64,000 nucleotides of DNA from Eledone cirrhosa (GCA_964016885.1 OZ024759.1:13950001-14014000), one strand, 5' to 3'. Counted from the stretch's first letter, positions 12,270-27,670 are shown. A program made the numbers and translations. The notes: generated by a model from the letters alone, not told the origin.

Positions 12270-14180
12270 GCAGCAGCAGTAACATCAGCCACTATCAACA
12301 ACAGCAGCAGCACCACCAACGCCACTAGCAGCACTACCACCACCACCACCAACACTACCACTACCAACACAACCACCAACACCCCAATCATCACCAACAA
12401 CTCCACCTTCAACAACACCCCAATCATCATCAACAACACTGCCACCACCACCACGAACACTCCAATCCTCACAACCACCACCACAAACACTACCACCATA
12501 ACCACCAACACTCCAATCTTCACCACCACCACCACAAACACTACCACCAACACCACCATCAACCCCAACACCATCACCACCATGGTATACACACCCAACC
12601 CTATCAACACCTCAACTAACATCACCATCATCACCAACACCATCAACACCACCACCAACACCATCAACACCACCACCATCAACACCACCACCAACACCAT
12701 CAACACCACCATCATCACCAACACCATCAACACCACCACCATCAACACCACCACCATCAACACCACCAACACCCTCAATACCACCATCGACAACACCACC
12801 ATCAACAACACCACCATCAGCAACACCACCATCAACAACACCACCACCACCACCATCAACACCACCACCAACACCACCATCAACACCACCACCAACACCA
12901 CCATCAACAACACCACCATCAACAACACCACCACCACCACCACCACCACCGACACCACCACCACCACCACCACCAACACCATCAACACCACCACCATCAA
13001 CAACACCACCACCCTCAATACCACCATCGACAACACTACCATCAACAACACCACCATCAGCAACACCACCACCACCACCACCAACAACACCACCACCCTC
13101 AATACCACCATCGACAACACTACCATCAACAACACCACCATCAACAACACCACCACCAACACCACCATCATCAACAACACCACCATCATCAACACCACCA
13201 CCATCAACAACACCACCACCAACACCACCATCAACAACACCACCATCATCAACAACACCACCACCAACACCATCAACACCACCACCATCAACACCACCAC
13301 CAACACCATGAACACCACCATCATCACCAACACCATCAACACCACCACCATCAACACCACCACCAACACCATCAACACCACCATTATCACCAACACCCTC
13401 AATACCACCATCGACAACACCACCATCAACAACACCACCATCAGCAACACCACCATCAACAACACCATCAACACCACCACCAACACCACCATCAACAACA
13501 CCACCACCACCACCACCGACACCACCACCACCACCACCACCATCAACACCACCACCATCAACAACACCACCACCCTCAATACCACCATCGACAACACTAC
13601 CATCAACAACACCACCATCAACAACACCACCACCAACACCACCACCATCAACACCACCACCATCAACAACACCACCACCCTCAATACCACCATCGACAAC
13701 ACTACCATCAACAACACCACCATCAACAACACCACCACCAACACCACCACCATCAACACCACCACCATCAACAACACCACCACCCTCAATACCACCATCG
13801 ACAACACTACCATCAACAACACCACCATCAACAACACCACCACTACCATCAACAACACCACCATCAACAATACCACCACCAACACCACCATCATCAACAA
13901 CACCACCACCACCAACACCACCACCATCAACAACACCACCACCACCATCATCAACAACACCACCACCACCAACACCAGCACGAACACCACCACCACCACC
14001 ACCACCAACAACACCACCACCATCAACATCACCACCACCATCATCAACACCATCATCATCCACACCAACACCACCAACACCACCATCATATACACACCAA
14101 CCCCATCATCATATACACCCCACCACCACCACCACCACCATCATCATGTACACAGCCACCCCCATCAACACCTCAACTAG
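12270..14180. repeat. CAC/CAA/CAT triplet array
   Basis: Low-complexity triplets with higher-order blocks. Confidence 0.95.
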
Positions 14181-14859
14181 GGACCATTTTTGGTATGCCT
14201 GGAATTTTTATTCATCCATTAATTTGTGTCTCTGGGAAGATGAGGTGGCACAGGGGAGCTTGATGTGTGTATGTGTGTGTATGTATATATGTGTGTATAT
14301 GTATGTATGTATTTATGTGTGTATACATATATATATGTGTGTGTGTATATGTGTGTGTGTGTATGTGTGTGTCTGTGTATGTATGTATGTGTATATGTAT
14401 GTATGTGTGTATGGCTGTGTGTATATATGTATCATATATGTGTGTGTATGTATGTATGTATGTGTATCTGTGTATGTATGTGTATCTGTGTATGTGTGTG
14501 TGTCTCTGTATGTGCGTATGTATGTACGTATATATGTATGTATGTATGCATGTATGTCTGTGTGCGTCATGTGTGTATATACATATGAATGTATATATGT
14601 ATCAATGTATGTGTGTATCTATGTTTTTGTGTATGTATGTATGTATGTCCTTCTGTATGTGTTTGTGTATATGTATGTTTGTATATAAGTGTGTTTGTGA
14701 TGTATATGCATTTGTTATGTGTGTGTGATGTGCATGTTTATATGTGTTTGCATATGTGTGTGTGTGGGTGTCTGCACTTGTATGTGAGTTTGTGTTCATG
14801 TGTTTGTATATGTGTATGAACACACTGATTTGTATGTGTTTGTGTGTTTGAATGTGGGA

Positions 14860-16088
14860 ATGTAGTTAAGGTGATGGCGTGTATTGGTGGTGGAGTGTGT
14901 GAGGTGAGGGGTGTATTGGTGGTGGAGTGTGGGTGAGGGGTGTATTGGTGGTGGAGTGTGGGTGAGGCGTGTATTGGTGGTGGAGTGTGGGTGAGGTGAG
15001 GGGTGTATTGGTGGTGGAGTGTAGGTAAGGGGTGTATTGGTGGTGGAGTGTGGGTGAGGGGTGTATTGGTGGTGGAGTGTGGGTGAGGTGAGGGTGGAGT
15101 GTAGGTGGGGTGAGGGTGTATTGGTGGAGGAGTGTGGGTGAGGTGAGGGTGGAGTGTGGGTGGGGTGAGGGGTGTATTGGTGGTGGAGTGTGGGTGAGGG
15201 TGGAGTGTACATGAGGGTTGTATTGATGGTGGAGTGTAGGTGAGGTGAGAGTGGAGTGTAGATGGGGTGAGGGATGTATTGGTGATGGAGTGTAGGTGAG
15301 GTGAGGGGTGTATTGGTGGTGGAATGTAGGTGAGGTGAGGGCTGTATTGGTGGTGGAGTGTCGGTGAGGTGAGGAGTGTATTGGTGGTAGAGTGTGGGTG
15401 GGGTGAGAGGTGTATTGGTGGTGGAGTGTAGGTGAGGTGAGGGGTGTATTGGTGGTGGAGTGTAGGTGAGGTGAGGGGTGTATTGGTAGTGGAGTGTAGG
15501 TGGGGTGAGGGTTGTGTTGGTAGTGGAGTGTAGGTGAGGTGAGGGTTGTATTGGTGGTGGAGTGTGGGTGGGGTGAGGGTGTATTGGTGGTGGAGTGTAG
15601 GTGAAGTGAGGGCTGTATTGGTGGAGTGTAGGTGGGGTGAGGGCTGTATTGGTGGTGGAGTGTGGGTGGGGTGAGGGGTGTATTGGTGGTGGAGTGTAGG
15701 TGAGGTGAGGGCTGTATTGGTGGAGTGTAGGTGAGGTGAGGGCTGTATTGGTGGTGGAGTGTGGGTGGGGTAAGGGGTGTATTGGTGATGGAGTGTAGGT
15801 GAGGTGAGGGGTGTATTGGTAGTGGAGTGTAGGTGGGGTGAGGGTTGTATTGGTGGTGGAGTGTAGGTGAGGTGAGGGTTGTATTGGTGATGGAGTGTAG
15901 GTGAGGTGAGGGGTGTATTGGTAGTGGAGTGTAGGTGGGGTGAGGGTTGTGTTGGTGGTGGAGTGTAGGTGAGGTGAGGGTTGTATTGGTGGTGGAGTGT
16001 AGGTGAGGTGAGGGTGGAGTGTAGGTGAGGTGAGGGTGGAGTGTAGGTCGGGTGAGGGGTGTATTGGTGGTGGAGTGTGGGTGAGGGC
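14860..16088. repeat. G-rich 30-40-bp minisatellite
   Basis: ggtgtattggtggtggagtgtaggtgaggtgagg. Confidence 0.93.
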
Positions 16089-17652
16089 TGTCTTTATTCC
16101 ATTACCATATTTCTAATGAAAGACAGTCTATGTCATTAACCCTTTCATTACCATATTTCTAATGAAAGACACTGTATACGTCTTTAACCCTTTCATTACC
16201 ATATTTCTAATGAAAGACACTGTCTATGTCATTAACACTTCCATTACCATATTTCTAATGAAAGACACTGTCTATGTCATTAACCCTTTCATAAACATAT
16301 TTCTAACAAAAGATACTTTATGGTTTTAAAATCATTTTGAGAATACTAAAACAATTGAAGTCATGTAGTAATATAATAAGATGGTGTTTGGAACATAACA
16401 TAACAAAGGTTCTTATATAAACATATGACAAGAGGTGTTTAGATAAATAACATATACAACTGAAGAACATAGAAACAAGGTTTGGTATTAAACTGTTTAA
16501 CAAAGGTTCTCACATAAAATTATGATGGAAAGTTTTTAGATGAATGTGTATGTATGGTCCCATAACTCCTGGAGGAGTTTTAGGGGCACCACATTGACAT
16601 ACAGCATTTGTTGGCCATTTTAAACCTGGGGGAGCCCAACCTTCTCCATGTCTGAATATAGCAGATTTTTTCCAAAGAAGGAAAGAAAGTGGGAGAATGG
16701 AAATGAGAAAGAGCTATCGAGGAAGAATAGACCCCAGTACTAGACTGGTACTTTTTTTTTATCAACCTTGATTGGATGAAAGGCAAAGTTGACCTCAGTG
16801 GGATTTTAACTCACAGAGTAGCCAGCCAGAACATATGCCACAAAGCATTCTATCTGATGTTCTAACTTAGACAAATATAAAACACTTTAACCTTTAGCAT
16901 GCTGAATTCTTTTATGAATTGCTTCTCTAGACACTGTATTATTTATTAAGAGAGATTACTCTTTGGTGACATAAGGCACATAGAGCGCCCAGGAGATTAA
17001 AATAAACTGTTGAGTATCATAGAAAGTGTGGTTTCAGGTGGTTTGACATGAAAGCAGTTTATCAGATGTGACCAGAGACTAAACAAAATGCCACATCAAA
17101 TGTGTTAACAATGGGATACATTTTTTAACAGCAGACAAGAAATTGTAGGTGCTTTCTTTCCCATGGTGATATGACCCCCCAACCCAACCTCCAAATACAC
17201 TCCTAACAACACCAACACTACTACCTTACATGGTGTGATACTTTCCTTCCCATGGTGATATGACACTCACCCCCTCCAAACACACTCCTAACAACACCAG
17301 CACTACCACCTTACACAGTGTATGACGTGTACTTCATCCTGATTTACAGAGTCTGCTAGGATTTCAATGTGGCGCCAGAACTGAAGAGGTTATCATATTC
17401 TCACTACAAGGATGTGAGTGTGTATGTAAATATATATATATATATACATATGAGTGTTGTGTACATCATTATCATCATGCAAAAAGTGCCCAACCCACAC
17501 TGGTTTTAGTGCCAGTTCTGTATGAACAAGACATAGTCATCTGATCTGGCTTTTCAAACCCATGCTAGCATGGAAAAAAATTGATGTTAAATGGTGATGA
17601 TGATGATAAATATGAGTATTGTGTATATGTGTATGTATATATATATATATAT

Positions 17653-17992
17653 TGGAGGCACATGGCTTAGTGGTTAGAGCATTGGCCTTGCAATCGAAAG
17701 GTTGTGAGTTCAATTCTCAGACCAGGTGATGTGTTGTTTCCTTGAGCAAGACACTTTATTTCACATTGCTCCAGTTTACTCAGCTGTAAAAATGAGATGA
17801 TAGGACTGGGGTCCCTATCATTCCACTGCAAAGTGGTCGTGGAGGTGCCACGGCAAAAAAGCACCCAGCACTCACTGTAAATGAGGTTGGTGTTAGGAAG
17901 GGCATCCAGCTGTAGAAATCAAGCCAGAATCAGTTCCCGTCCCACCCTTGCAAGCAGGGAAAAGCGGACGTAAATGATGACGACGACGACGA
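17653..17992 (+). mobile_element. tRNA-derived SINE, CORE-like body, RTE-like tail (copies 1-125 -, 18535-18730 +, 29215-29555 -, 29775-30078 +, 42190-42520 -, 43659-44045 +, 49352-49566 +)
   Basis: A box TGGCTTAGTGG, B box GAGTTCAATTC, ccttgagcaagacactt body, tail ggaaaagcggacgtaaa(tga)n. Confidence 0.88.
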
Positions 17993-18113
17993 TATTATAT
18001 ATATATATTATATATATATATATTTATAAACCAGTGTGTATGTGTACAAGTGTGTGAACATGTACATGAATATGTGTATATATATATATGTGTGTGTGTG
18101 TGTATTGAGTGTA

Positions 18114-18146
<33 letters not shown>

Positions 18147-18176
18147 ATATATATATATCAGTATTATGTATTTATG

Positions 18177-18214
<38 letters not shown>

Positions 18215-19042
18215 CATGAGAGAAGGTGTGTGTGTATATACATACGTGTGTGAGTGTGTGTTGGAATTTACAAACAGGAGGAAAAGAGTACTCAGGCTAT
18301 AAAGTAGAGTTCTATCATTTTGTTATTTCAAGCAGTAATTTCCTTTTGTTGCTACTTGAACCCCGTGAAACTTCAGGAATTGGAAAGAAGTAGCAGCCAT
18401 ATAGAATATTTTATCACTATCAAAGCACTCACCTAACTGAAGCCAGATAAAAATAGTCCTCAATGTATTATATAGATTGGCTATGTGGACGGCAGCCTCA
18501 GGGTTTCTTAATCTAGCCAATACAGACATGTTGTGAAGGCGCGTGGCTTAGTGGTTGGAGTATTGGGCTTACAATCATGAGGTTGTGAGTTTGATTCTTG
18601 GATTAGGCTTTGTGTTGTGTTCTTGAGCAAGGCACTTTATTTCACATCGCTCCAGTTCATTCAGCTGTAGAAATGAGTTGTGATGTCACTGACGCCAAGC
18701 TGTATCAGCCATTGCCGTTCCCTTGGATGACATCATATGTAGTTTAGTGTATTAATAGTCTAAATATAGTGTATATAAGGTGTATGTAGTGTATATATAT
18801 ATATATAGTAAGTCTATAATGTGTGTATAGATATATATATCAAATTACAAAATATGAGGAAATAATAGACAAAAATATACCTATTTTTTCATCAAAGCAG
18901 TATCGCCGATCTGTGTGCAACATTTCTGCACTGTAAAAATGCATCATTGCTGTGAGGTTGATATGGCTTATCAAGAGACCCCTCAGAAAAAAGGACTGTT
19001 TCTTGACGCTTTCATAGCAAGTGAGAAAATCTCTAGACATCT

Positions 19043-19104
<62 letters not shown>

Positions 19105-21093
19105 CAAAGGGATACTTAATTTGTTGGTAATTCAACAAGTATAGAATAAATATGGTTTTATAAATATAGTTTCCATTTATTAATATCATTGATATATATA
19201 TATACATATATATATATACATATATATTGGATTAAATGCTCTGAAATAGCGATTCTATAGCGATTAGGTCTTCAAAATGTTTATTATAAACATACAGAAT
19301 ATTTTCGAATATTCTATGTCTATCTATACATATATATGTTGTCACGTCACTGGTGCCAAGCTGTATTGGCCATTGTCTTTCCTTTGGACAACATCATATG
19401 TAGTTTAATGTATATATCGTCTAAACATAGTGTCTATAAGATGTATGTAGTGTATATATAGTAAGTATATATATATATATATATATAGTATTAATTATAC
19501 TATTTATGGTTATGTAAATACAAAAACCTTTTGCAGTTATATATATTTTTTTATACAAACCCTAAATAGTGGTAGGCAGTAATATATTACTGCCTTATTA
19601 CCAGTAAGTTAAGTAGCTCAATGTAAAAACATCAGATGATTTACAGAGCAGTTATATGAAATATAAGAATCAGTTCTTTGATTCTTATATTTCATATATA
19701 TATATATATACGTATATATAAAGCCATTGCCTTTCCCTTGGACGACATTGGTGGCGTGGAGAGGGGAGACTGGTATGCATGGGCGACTTCTGGTCTTCCA
19801 CAAACAACCTTGCCTGGACATGTGCCTCGGAGGGAAATTTTCTAGGTGTAAATCTCATGGTCATTCGTGACCGAAGGGTGTCTTAAAACGGACAGATACA
19901 AATATTTTTATAGTTACATACAGCTGGCTACATGGATTGTGGTCTCTGGGTTTCGCAGCCCAGCTAATATAACCAGATAAAATAGTCCTAGATATAGACT
20001 GGCTAAGAGGACTGTGTAAAGTAGCAAATTGACAGAGACATTATGGTGTTGGATTAAAAAATTCCTTGGTACTTGTTTCAGCTAATTGTGCTGAGACATA
20101 AATAAAATACCAGTCAAATAATTGTTTCTACTATTGGCACAAGGCCAGAAATTACCCAGTACATTACTGGTACTTTATTTTATCGACCCCGTAAGGATGA
20201 AAGGCAAAGTTAACCTCGGCGGGATTTGAACTCAGAATGGCAAGGGCCGTAACTCTATGCGTCAAAGCATGGCGTCCGACCCTCTACCGATACTGCCAAT
20301 CCACCAGTCAAATAATAGTGGGAGATTCTTATTCTCTCTCATTCTTTGGAAGGAATCGATATTGATATTATGCATGTATGATAGGAGTGGTGGGATTTGA
20401 CAGTGGGGGTGGGGGGGTATGAGGGAAAGGACGGCCTCCAATAACATAGAGGAGGGGGGGGGGGGTTGTCACAAGTATGTCAGAATTTTTAGGGAGGGGA
20501 TGTAGTGATGATAAGAACAGCTAAAAAGTAATAATTGTTTCTACTTTTGGCACAAGACCAGCAATTACCCCAGTGCATTACTGGTACATTACTGGTACAA
20601 GGCAAAGCTAACCTTGGCAGATTTGAACTCAGAATGCAAAGGGACATAACTCTATGCTGCAAAGCAAAGCATCCAACCCTCTACCGATAATGCCAATCAA
20701 GTGTTAAAAAGTAATAATGGTGAGGGGATTGAATGGGGTGGGGGGTAAGTGATGATGAGAATAGCTCAGAGGTAATGGGGGGGGGGGGGGCACGTGAATG
20801 GGGTGGTCAATACAGTTGGGTGAGGGTAAAGGGGGTTAAGTGATGATGAGAACAACTACTAGGGTGTGCTAGTGGTGGGTATAGTTACTAAGGAATACTA
20901 GTAGAGAGAGGAGGGTGGCCTGGAGGTGGATCAGGTGACATTTTATGCTGGTAGGCAATACAACATGTCACCAATTCTCAATGTCTTTTCTCATCACTGT
21001 GAAGTTCAATTTTATAAGAGGTCTGTCATCTTCATCCCAAGTCTTCCCGTGTCTGCCAAATCCACAGGTCCCATATATATATATATGCGTGTG

Positions 21094-21125
<32 letters not shown>

Positions 21126-23130
21126 GTTTAACGTCCCTGTTCCACGCTTGCATAGGTTTGGACGGGGGTTTTCCCACTTGAGGCAAGAGTGGTTGTCTTG
21201 CTCGCATAGGACTGTCTGGCGGGTTTTCTACAGCTGGATGCCCTTCCTAACACCAACCACATTTACAGTGTGGGGCTGGGAGGTTTTTACCGTGTTGCCT
21301 ACAGGGTCACATTACAGCGTGGACTGTCTGGCGGGTTTTCTACAGCTGGATGCCCTTCCTAACACCAACCACATTTACAGTGTGGGGCTGGGAGGTTTTT
21401 ACCGTGTTGCCTACAGGGTCACATTACAGCGTGGACTGTCTGGCGGGTTTTCTACAGCTGGATGCCCTTCCTAACACCAACCACATTTACAGTGTGGGGC
21501 TGGGAGGTTTTTACCGTGTTGCCTACAGGGTCACATTACAGCGTGGACTGTCTGGCGGGTTTTCTACAGCTGGATGCCCTTCCTAACACCAACCACATTT
21601 ACAGTGTGGGGCTGGGAGGTTTTTACCGTGTTGCCTACAGGGTCACATTACAGCGTGGACTGTCTGGCGGGTTTTCTACAGCTGGATGCCCTTCCTAACA
21701 CCAACCACATTTACAGTGTGGGGCTGGGAGGTTTTTACCGTGTTGCCTACAGGGTCACATTACAGCGTGGACTGACTGGCGGGTTTTCTACAGCTGGATG
21801 CCCTTCCTAACACCAACCACATTTACAGTGTGGGGCTGGGAGGTTTTTACCGTGTTGCCTACAGGGTCACATTACAGCGTGGACTGACTGGCGGGTTTTC
21901 TACAGCTGGATGCCCTTCCTAACACCAACCACATTTACAGTGTGGGGCTGGGAGGTTTTTACCGTGTTGCCTACAGGGTCACATTACAGCGTGGACTGAC
22001 TGGCGGGTTTTCTACAGCTGGATGCCCTTCCTAACACCAACCACATTTACAGTGTGGGGCTGGGAGGTTTTTACTGTGTTGCCTACACGGTCACATTACA
22101 GCGTGGACTGTGTGTTTTTTTGTCGTGACACCTACACGATCTCATTTGTTTCGGCCTGGATGGCGCTGCACCAACATAACTTTACATAGAACGGGGTGGT
22201 GTGGATGGGGTGGTGGTGGTGGGACGGGGTGTATTTTGTTAGAGATGCCTACTGACTAGTAGGTTTTACTTTGTATTTAGGTAAGGCGGGTCTTCTCTGT
22301 TACTGAGTACCGCCAAAGGTCTCGGTCCAGTGACATTGTCTTGGAGAGGTGTAAGTGTGTGAGGTCGGAATTTATCAGCTCGTCCCAGGTTTTCCTGGGT
22401 CTGCCTACTCCGTGGCTACCATCTGTCTTTATTGCCCTGCACTTTGTTATACAGCTGTCGTCTTTCATGCGCATCACGTGACCATACCAACGTAGCCTTC
22501 TCTCGAGTAAACAACATCTGATCCCTCTTATTTCTAATTTTTTCCTTAGTTCGTTTATGCTTTGCCGTTCACGTATATTACTATTACACATCCAGCGGAG
22601 CATGCAAGCTTTGTTCCTCTCTAGTCTGCGTATATCCTCTGCACACAATGCCCAGGTCTCACTGCCATGCAACATTGCTGTTCGTATGCAGGCATCATAC
22701 AACCTGCCTTTCATTTTTAGGGAGAACCCTTTAGCGGCTAATAGTGGTATAAGCTCTCTGAATTTTTTCCATCCAGTTCTGACTCTAGCTACTGTACTTT
22801 CAGAGCACCCTCCCCCACTGCTGATTTTGTCACCTAGGTAACGGAAGCTGTCCACTATTTCTATAGAACCCTCTGCGCAATTGAAAGAGTTAGTATTTTG
22901 TGGGCACTTGCTGCTACTTATTGCACCAGAGCACATGTAAAATCTGTGTTCTTAGTTAGCTTACCTGTGATCCCACTACATCTTTTATGCACCCATACTT
23001 TGCATTTGGGACATAAAATGGAGTTTCTACCTACGCCTTTCCTACACACTGAGCATGGCCATTTCCCGAAGGGGACCGGTGCCTTATTTTCTTTCCTACA
23101 AACTAGAACTTTAGTCTTAGCCAGGTTAAT
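21094..23130 (-). mobile_element. RTE-type LINE 3' part with 8 x 112-bp tandem unit in 3' UTR
   Basis: ORF 22277-22936 (FRYLGD...MLHGSETWAL...RRLRWYGHVMR...GRPRKTW); (TGA)n tail; repeat 21210-22110. Confidence 0.92.
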
Positions 23131-23144
23131 TTTGTGTGTGTATA

Positions 23145-23202
<58 letters not shown>

Positions 23203-23407
23203 GTTTCTTATATAGGCACAAGGCCAGTACTTTGAGGGGAAAGTCGATTAAATCAACCCCAGTGCGTGACTGGTACTTTCTTTTATCGACCCCATAAGGA
23301 AGAAAGGCAAAGTTAACCTCGGCGGGATTTGAACTCAGATCATAAAAGGAGGTAACTCTATGCTTCAAAGGATGGCGTTCGACCCTCTACCGATACTGCC
23401 AATCCAC

Positions 23408-23442
<35 letters not shown>

Positions 23443-23887
23443 GAGGATGATTTGTTAAGCCTTCATTACGTTTATTTATTGGTGACGTGCGTTTCGCTAT
23501 TGATAAGCTCATGGTTCGATCTGTATCAATCTGGTCTGACTCTGGAATCAAAAGCTTGTCGGACCTCTGCTGTTGTAATAACAGAATGAGCATATATGAT
23601 CATTCTGTCATTACAGATTGAACCTTGAGCTGATCAGTAACAAAGCGCGCGTCACCAATCAATAAACGTCCTTGTATTATTATATTTACACTCTGTTTAG
23701 CTCTACACCTCGCTACAGATATGAATCTAAATATCGAGTGCTCACCCGGGTGAACCTACAGTAACTTCATGTTACACTCCCTGGAGATATATATCATCAT
23801 TTATCATCATTTTATGTCCACTTTTTCCCTGCTTGCAAGGGTAGGACGGGAACTGATTCTGGCTTGATTTCTACAGCTGGATGCCAG

Positions 23888-24452
23888 AAAAAAGCACCCA
23901 GCCCATACTGTAAAGTGGTCATGTAGGTGCCATGAAAAAAAGCACCCAGCCCACACTGTAAAATGGTCATGTAGGAGTCATGACAAAAAGCACCCAGCCC
24001 ACACGGTAAAGTGGTTGTGTAGGAGTCATGACAAAAAGCACCCAGCTCACACTGTAAAGTGGTTGTGTAGGAGTCATGACAAAAAGCACCTAGCTCACAC
24101 TGTAAAGTGGTTGTGTAGGAGTCATGACAAAAAGCACCCAGCTCACACTGTAAAGTGGTTGTGTAGGAGTCATGACAAAAAGCACCCAGCTCACACTGTA
24201 AAGTGGTTGTGTAGGAGTCATGACAAAAAGCACCCAGCTCACACTGTAAAGTGGTTGTGTAGGAGTCATGACAAAAAGCACCTAGCTCACACTGTAAAGT
24301 GGTTGTGTAGGAGTCATGACAAAAAGCACCCAGCTCACACTGTAAAGTGGTTGTGTAGGAGTCATGACAAAAAGCACCTAGCTCACACTGTAAAGTGGTT
24401 GTGCAGGAGTCATGATAAAAAGCACCTAGCTCACACTGTAAAGTGGTTGTGA
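23888..24452. repeat. 48-bp tandem repeat, about 12 copies, from the SINE/RTE module
   Basis: aaaaagcacccagctcacactgtaaagtggttgtgtaggagtcatgac. Confidence 0.95.
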
Positions 24453-24511
24453 TGACAACACCTATGTAGTTCTTGCATTCCTTTTTGATGTTAAACAAAT
24501 TATTGCTTTTT

Positions 24512-24635
24512 GTACTTCCTGAAGAGATGTGGCTGAGGCGAAGTGCCTATGTGGAGTTATTTAACTGATAATTTTTCGGTTTTCTCTTCTATTGGTGTAT
24601 AATTTCTGGTTGTATTGAAACGTTCGTAGATGGTA
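24512..24635 (+). ncRNA. Hammerhead-like fold with long stem II
   Basis: cttc CTGAAGA GATGTGGCTG...TGGTTGTATT GAA ACGTTCGT A gatgg; GUA site, G-U-rich stem II, imperfect stem I. Confidence 0.45.
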
Positions 24636-24719
24636 TAAACATCAATAATTTTGATACTTGGTCTCACTGAATTTTGAATTATATACCAGAAAAACCGGGG
24701 ACGATCTGATAAATTCCGA

Positions 24720-26090
24720 CCTTATACACTTGCACCTCTCTAAGACAATGTCACTGGACCGAGATCTTTGGCGCTACGCAGTAATACAGAAGACCCGCCT
24801 TGACTATGTACAAAGCAAAACCTACAGTCAGTAGGCACCTCCTAATCAAATATACACCCCAATACACTACCCCTACCCTATCCTCCCACTCCCACCAACA
24901 CCACCCTCTCTCTGTAAAGTTGGTATCACAACATCCAGTCCAAATAAATGAGATAATGAGATTGAGATCGTGTAGGTGTCACGACAAATAAACACACAGT
25001 CCACGTTGTAATGTGGCCGTGTAGGTAACACGGTAAAAAGTTCCCAGTTCCACACTATAAATGTGGTTCGTGTTAGGAAGGGCATCCAGCCGTAGAAAAC
25101 CTGCCAGATAGTCCTATATGAGTGAGACACGGTCACCTGACCAACCTTGCCTCAAGTGGGACAACTCCTGTCTAACCCATGCTAGCGTGGAAGATGGACG
25201 TTAAACAAAGATGATGATGATGATGTGTGCGTGTGTGTATATCATCATCATCACCGTTTTACGTCCATTCTTCCACTCTAGCATGGGTTGGACGGGTTGT
25301 CCTGTTGTGGGCAGTGCCAGGTCAGGTGACCTTGTCTTCCTCATACGGGAACTGATTTTGGCTTGATTTCTACAGCTGGATGCCCTTCCTAACACCAACC
25401 TCATTTACAGTGAGTGCTGGGTTCTCTTTTTCCATGGCGCCTACACAACCACTTTACAGTGTGGGCTGGGTGTTTTGTTGTCGTGACACCTCCACGACCA
25501 TTTTGCAGTGGGGGGGGGGGATGCATATTGTCTATATGCTTCAGCTTCAGCTTGTAACCATGGGAAGTCGGGTCTTCTGTATTACTATGTAACAACAGAG
25601 GTCGTGTGTTAATTGCCTTTGAGAGGTGCAATTGGGTAAGGTTGGCGTTTATCACCTCATCCCAGGTCTTCTTGGATCTCCCCACTCCAAGGCTTCCATT
25701 GACTTCTAGTGCTCTGCACCTTTTCATGCACCTGTCATCCTTCATATGCATCACATGTCCATACCAATGCAACCTCCTCGCCTGCACACAGCATTTGATT
25801 CCTCTTATGCTCAGTCTCACTCTCAATTCGTTTATGCTTTGCCGTTCGCGTATATTACTATTACACATCCATCGGAGCATGCAAGCTTAGTTTCTTTCTA
25901 ATCTATGCAAGTCTTCTACACACAGTGCCCAGGTCTCACTACCATGTAACATTGCTGTTCGTAAGCCCGCATCATACAGTCTGTCTTTCATTTTGAGGGA
26001 AAAGCCTTTTGCAGCTAGCAGTGGCTCCCTGAACTTCTTCCATCCCGTTCTTACCCTGGTTACTGTACTTTCAGAACACCCACCTCCAAT
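24720..26090. mobile_element. Two tail-to-tail RTE 3' fragments (+ 24720-25225; - 25240-26090)
   Basis: ORF 25401-25880 (MLRWMCN...RRLHWYGHVM...KKTW); (GAT)n and (CAT)n tails face each other. Confidence 0.85.
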
Positions 26091-26319
26091 ATGTATGCAT
26101 ATATATATATATATATATAAATATATATGCAGACACGAGTATACATGCTAAACCAAATGTAGACTCGTGGAGCCTCTGATTCCAGAGTCAGGTTCAATCA
26201 TTAATAGATCGTTCCTAGAGCTGATTGACAGTGAAACATATGTAATATGTAATTAAATATGTATATGATACAACGCTGATTCTTTGTTCCCTTATATATT
26301 AATACCGTAAATCAAAATA

Positions 26320-27005
26320 TATTTCTTTAGAACACCTGTTGAGTCAGTGTTGTTGTATGGATCAGGTACATGGACCCATATAGAAGCACTTGAGTCAGTG
26401 TTGTTTTGGATCAGGTACATGGACCCTGACAGAAGCACTTGAGTCAGTGTTGTTGTATGGATCAGGTATATGGATCCTGATACAAGCACTTGAATCAATG
26501 TTGTTGTACATATCAGGAACATGGACCTTGAAACAAGCACATAAGCCTGTGTTGTATGGATCAGGTACATGGGCCCTGACACAAACACTTGAGAAGAAAC
26601 CTGATGGTGTATACACTAAAATGTTATACAAAACATAAATTGGCATCAGCATATTACAAATGAAAGTTTATAAAGAAACTTGCCCAAGATAACAACTGCA
26701 ACTGGTCAAAGATGGTTACAATTTGCAGAACCAACTCGCGAGACATAGTAGAGGAATTTATACACAAGTAACTATTGTGGGAACCAATTCACAGGAGACA
26801 CAGTAGAGGAAGTTATACACAAGCTACTATTGTGGGAACCAACTCATGGGAGACATAGTAGAGGAAGACCTGCTTGAACCTTGATCAATCAACTCTCAGA
26901 CGATACAAACCTCAATAGAGAGCAGTTGTTATGAGAAATGAAAAATCGTGAATTGTGGAGAGACTTTGTCGGGAATGTTCAACTGTGGTTGCATGTGATG
27001 ATGAA
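26320..27005 (+). mobile_element. RTE/BovB-like LINE 3' fragment with about 5 x 51-bp internal duplication
   Basis: Repeated ESVLLYGSGTWTL, then LEKKPDGVYTKML; ends gatgatga. Confidence 0.75.
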
Positions 27006-27367
27006 AAGAAAATCGTCATTTTCATTGACGAAAATTTCCGGAAGTTATTTGGGATATTAAAATCAAGGATTACCTAAATTATATATATAAATTAAATGAT
27101 TTCCTTCAAATGAAACAGTTCTAGTCCTGTAGAAAGCATTTCTATATTAAATTTTGTATATACTCTACAAATGTATTGAGTACCTTACTTGTTACCTCCG
27201 ATATATATATAGAATATACTAAAGTGTACTAACCGACCAATTATAACTATAACACCTGGACATGCTCCTTTTTAAAAATTTTATATATATATATATAACG
27301 GCGATGAATTAGTTTTGCGAGGTTTTTTTATATGAAACCGTGTGTCAAAACAAATATTGTTATACTT

Positions 27368-27670
27368 GGGGAGGGTCATATTTGTGTAATATTGCCAACG
27401 GCGTAGACATACAATGTAACGGGAGGAAACAATAGCACCATTGACGATGTTGCAGATGTGCAACGAAAGAACTTTGATAAACTATATATATGTGTTTGTG
27501 TCTATATTGTATCTGTATTATTTTTGACCGTTGGTCAGTCAATGGCAACATTGAGGACCGAATAAATTAGATTACCGATATAAAAGACACAGAAGCGAAA
27601 AGCGAAAACCAACCAAACAGTGAGTGTGTTCTGTTATTAATTCTGGCAATATTACACAAATATGACCCTC

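Noticed and set aside
12257-14180. Long ORFs (532-aa T/N/I mucin-like; 612-aa poly-V; 483-aa G/V/D)
   Set aside because: Several frames are open because CAC/CAA/CAT triplets lack stops; no signal peptide or splice context.
17653-17730. tRNA gene
   Set aside because: A/B boxes continue into a dispersed SINE body; no full cloverleaf.
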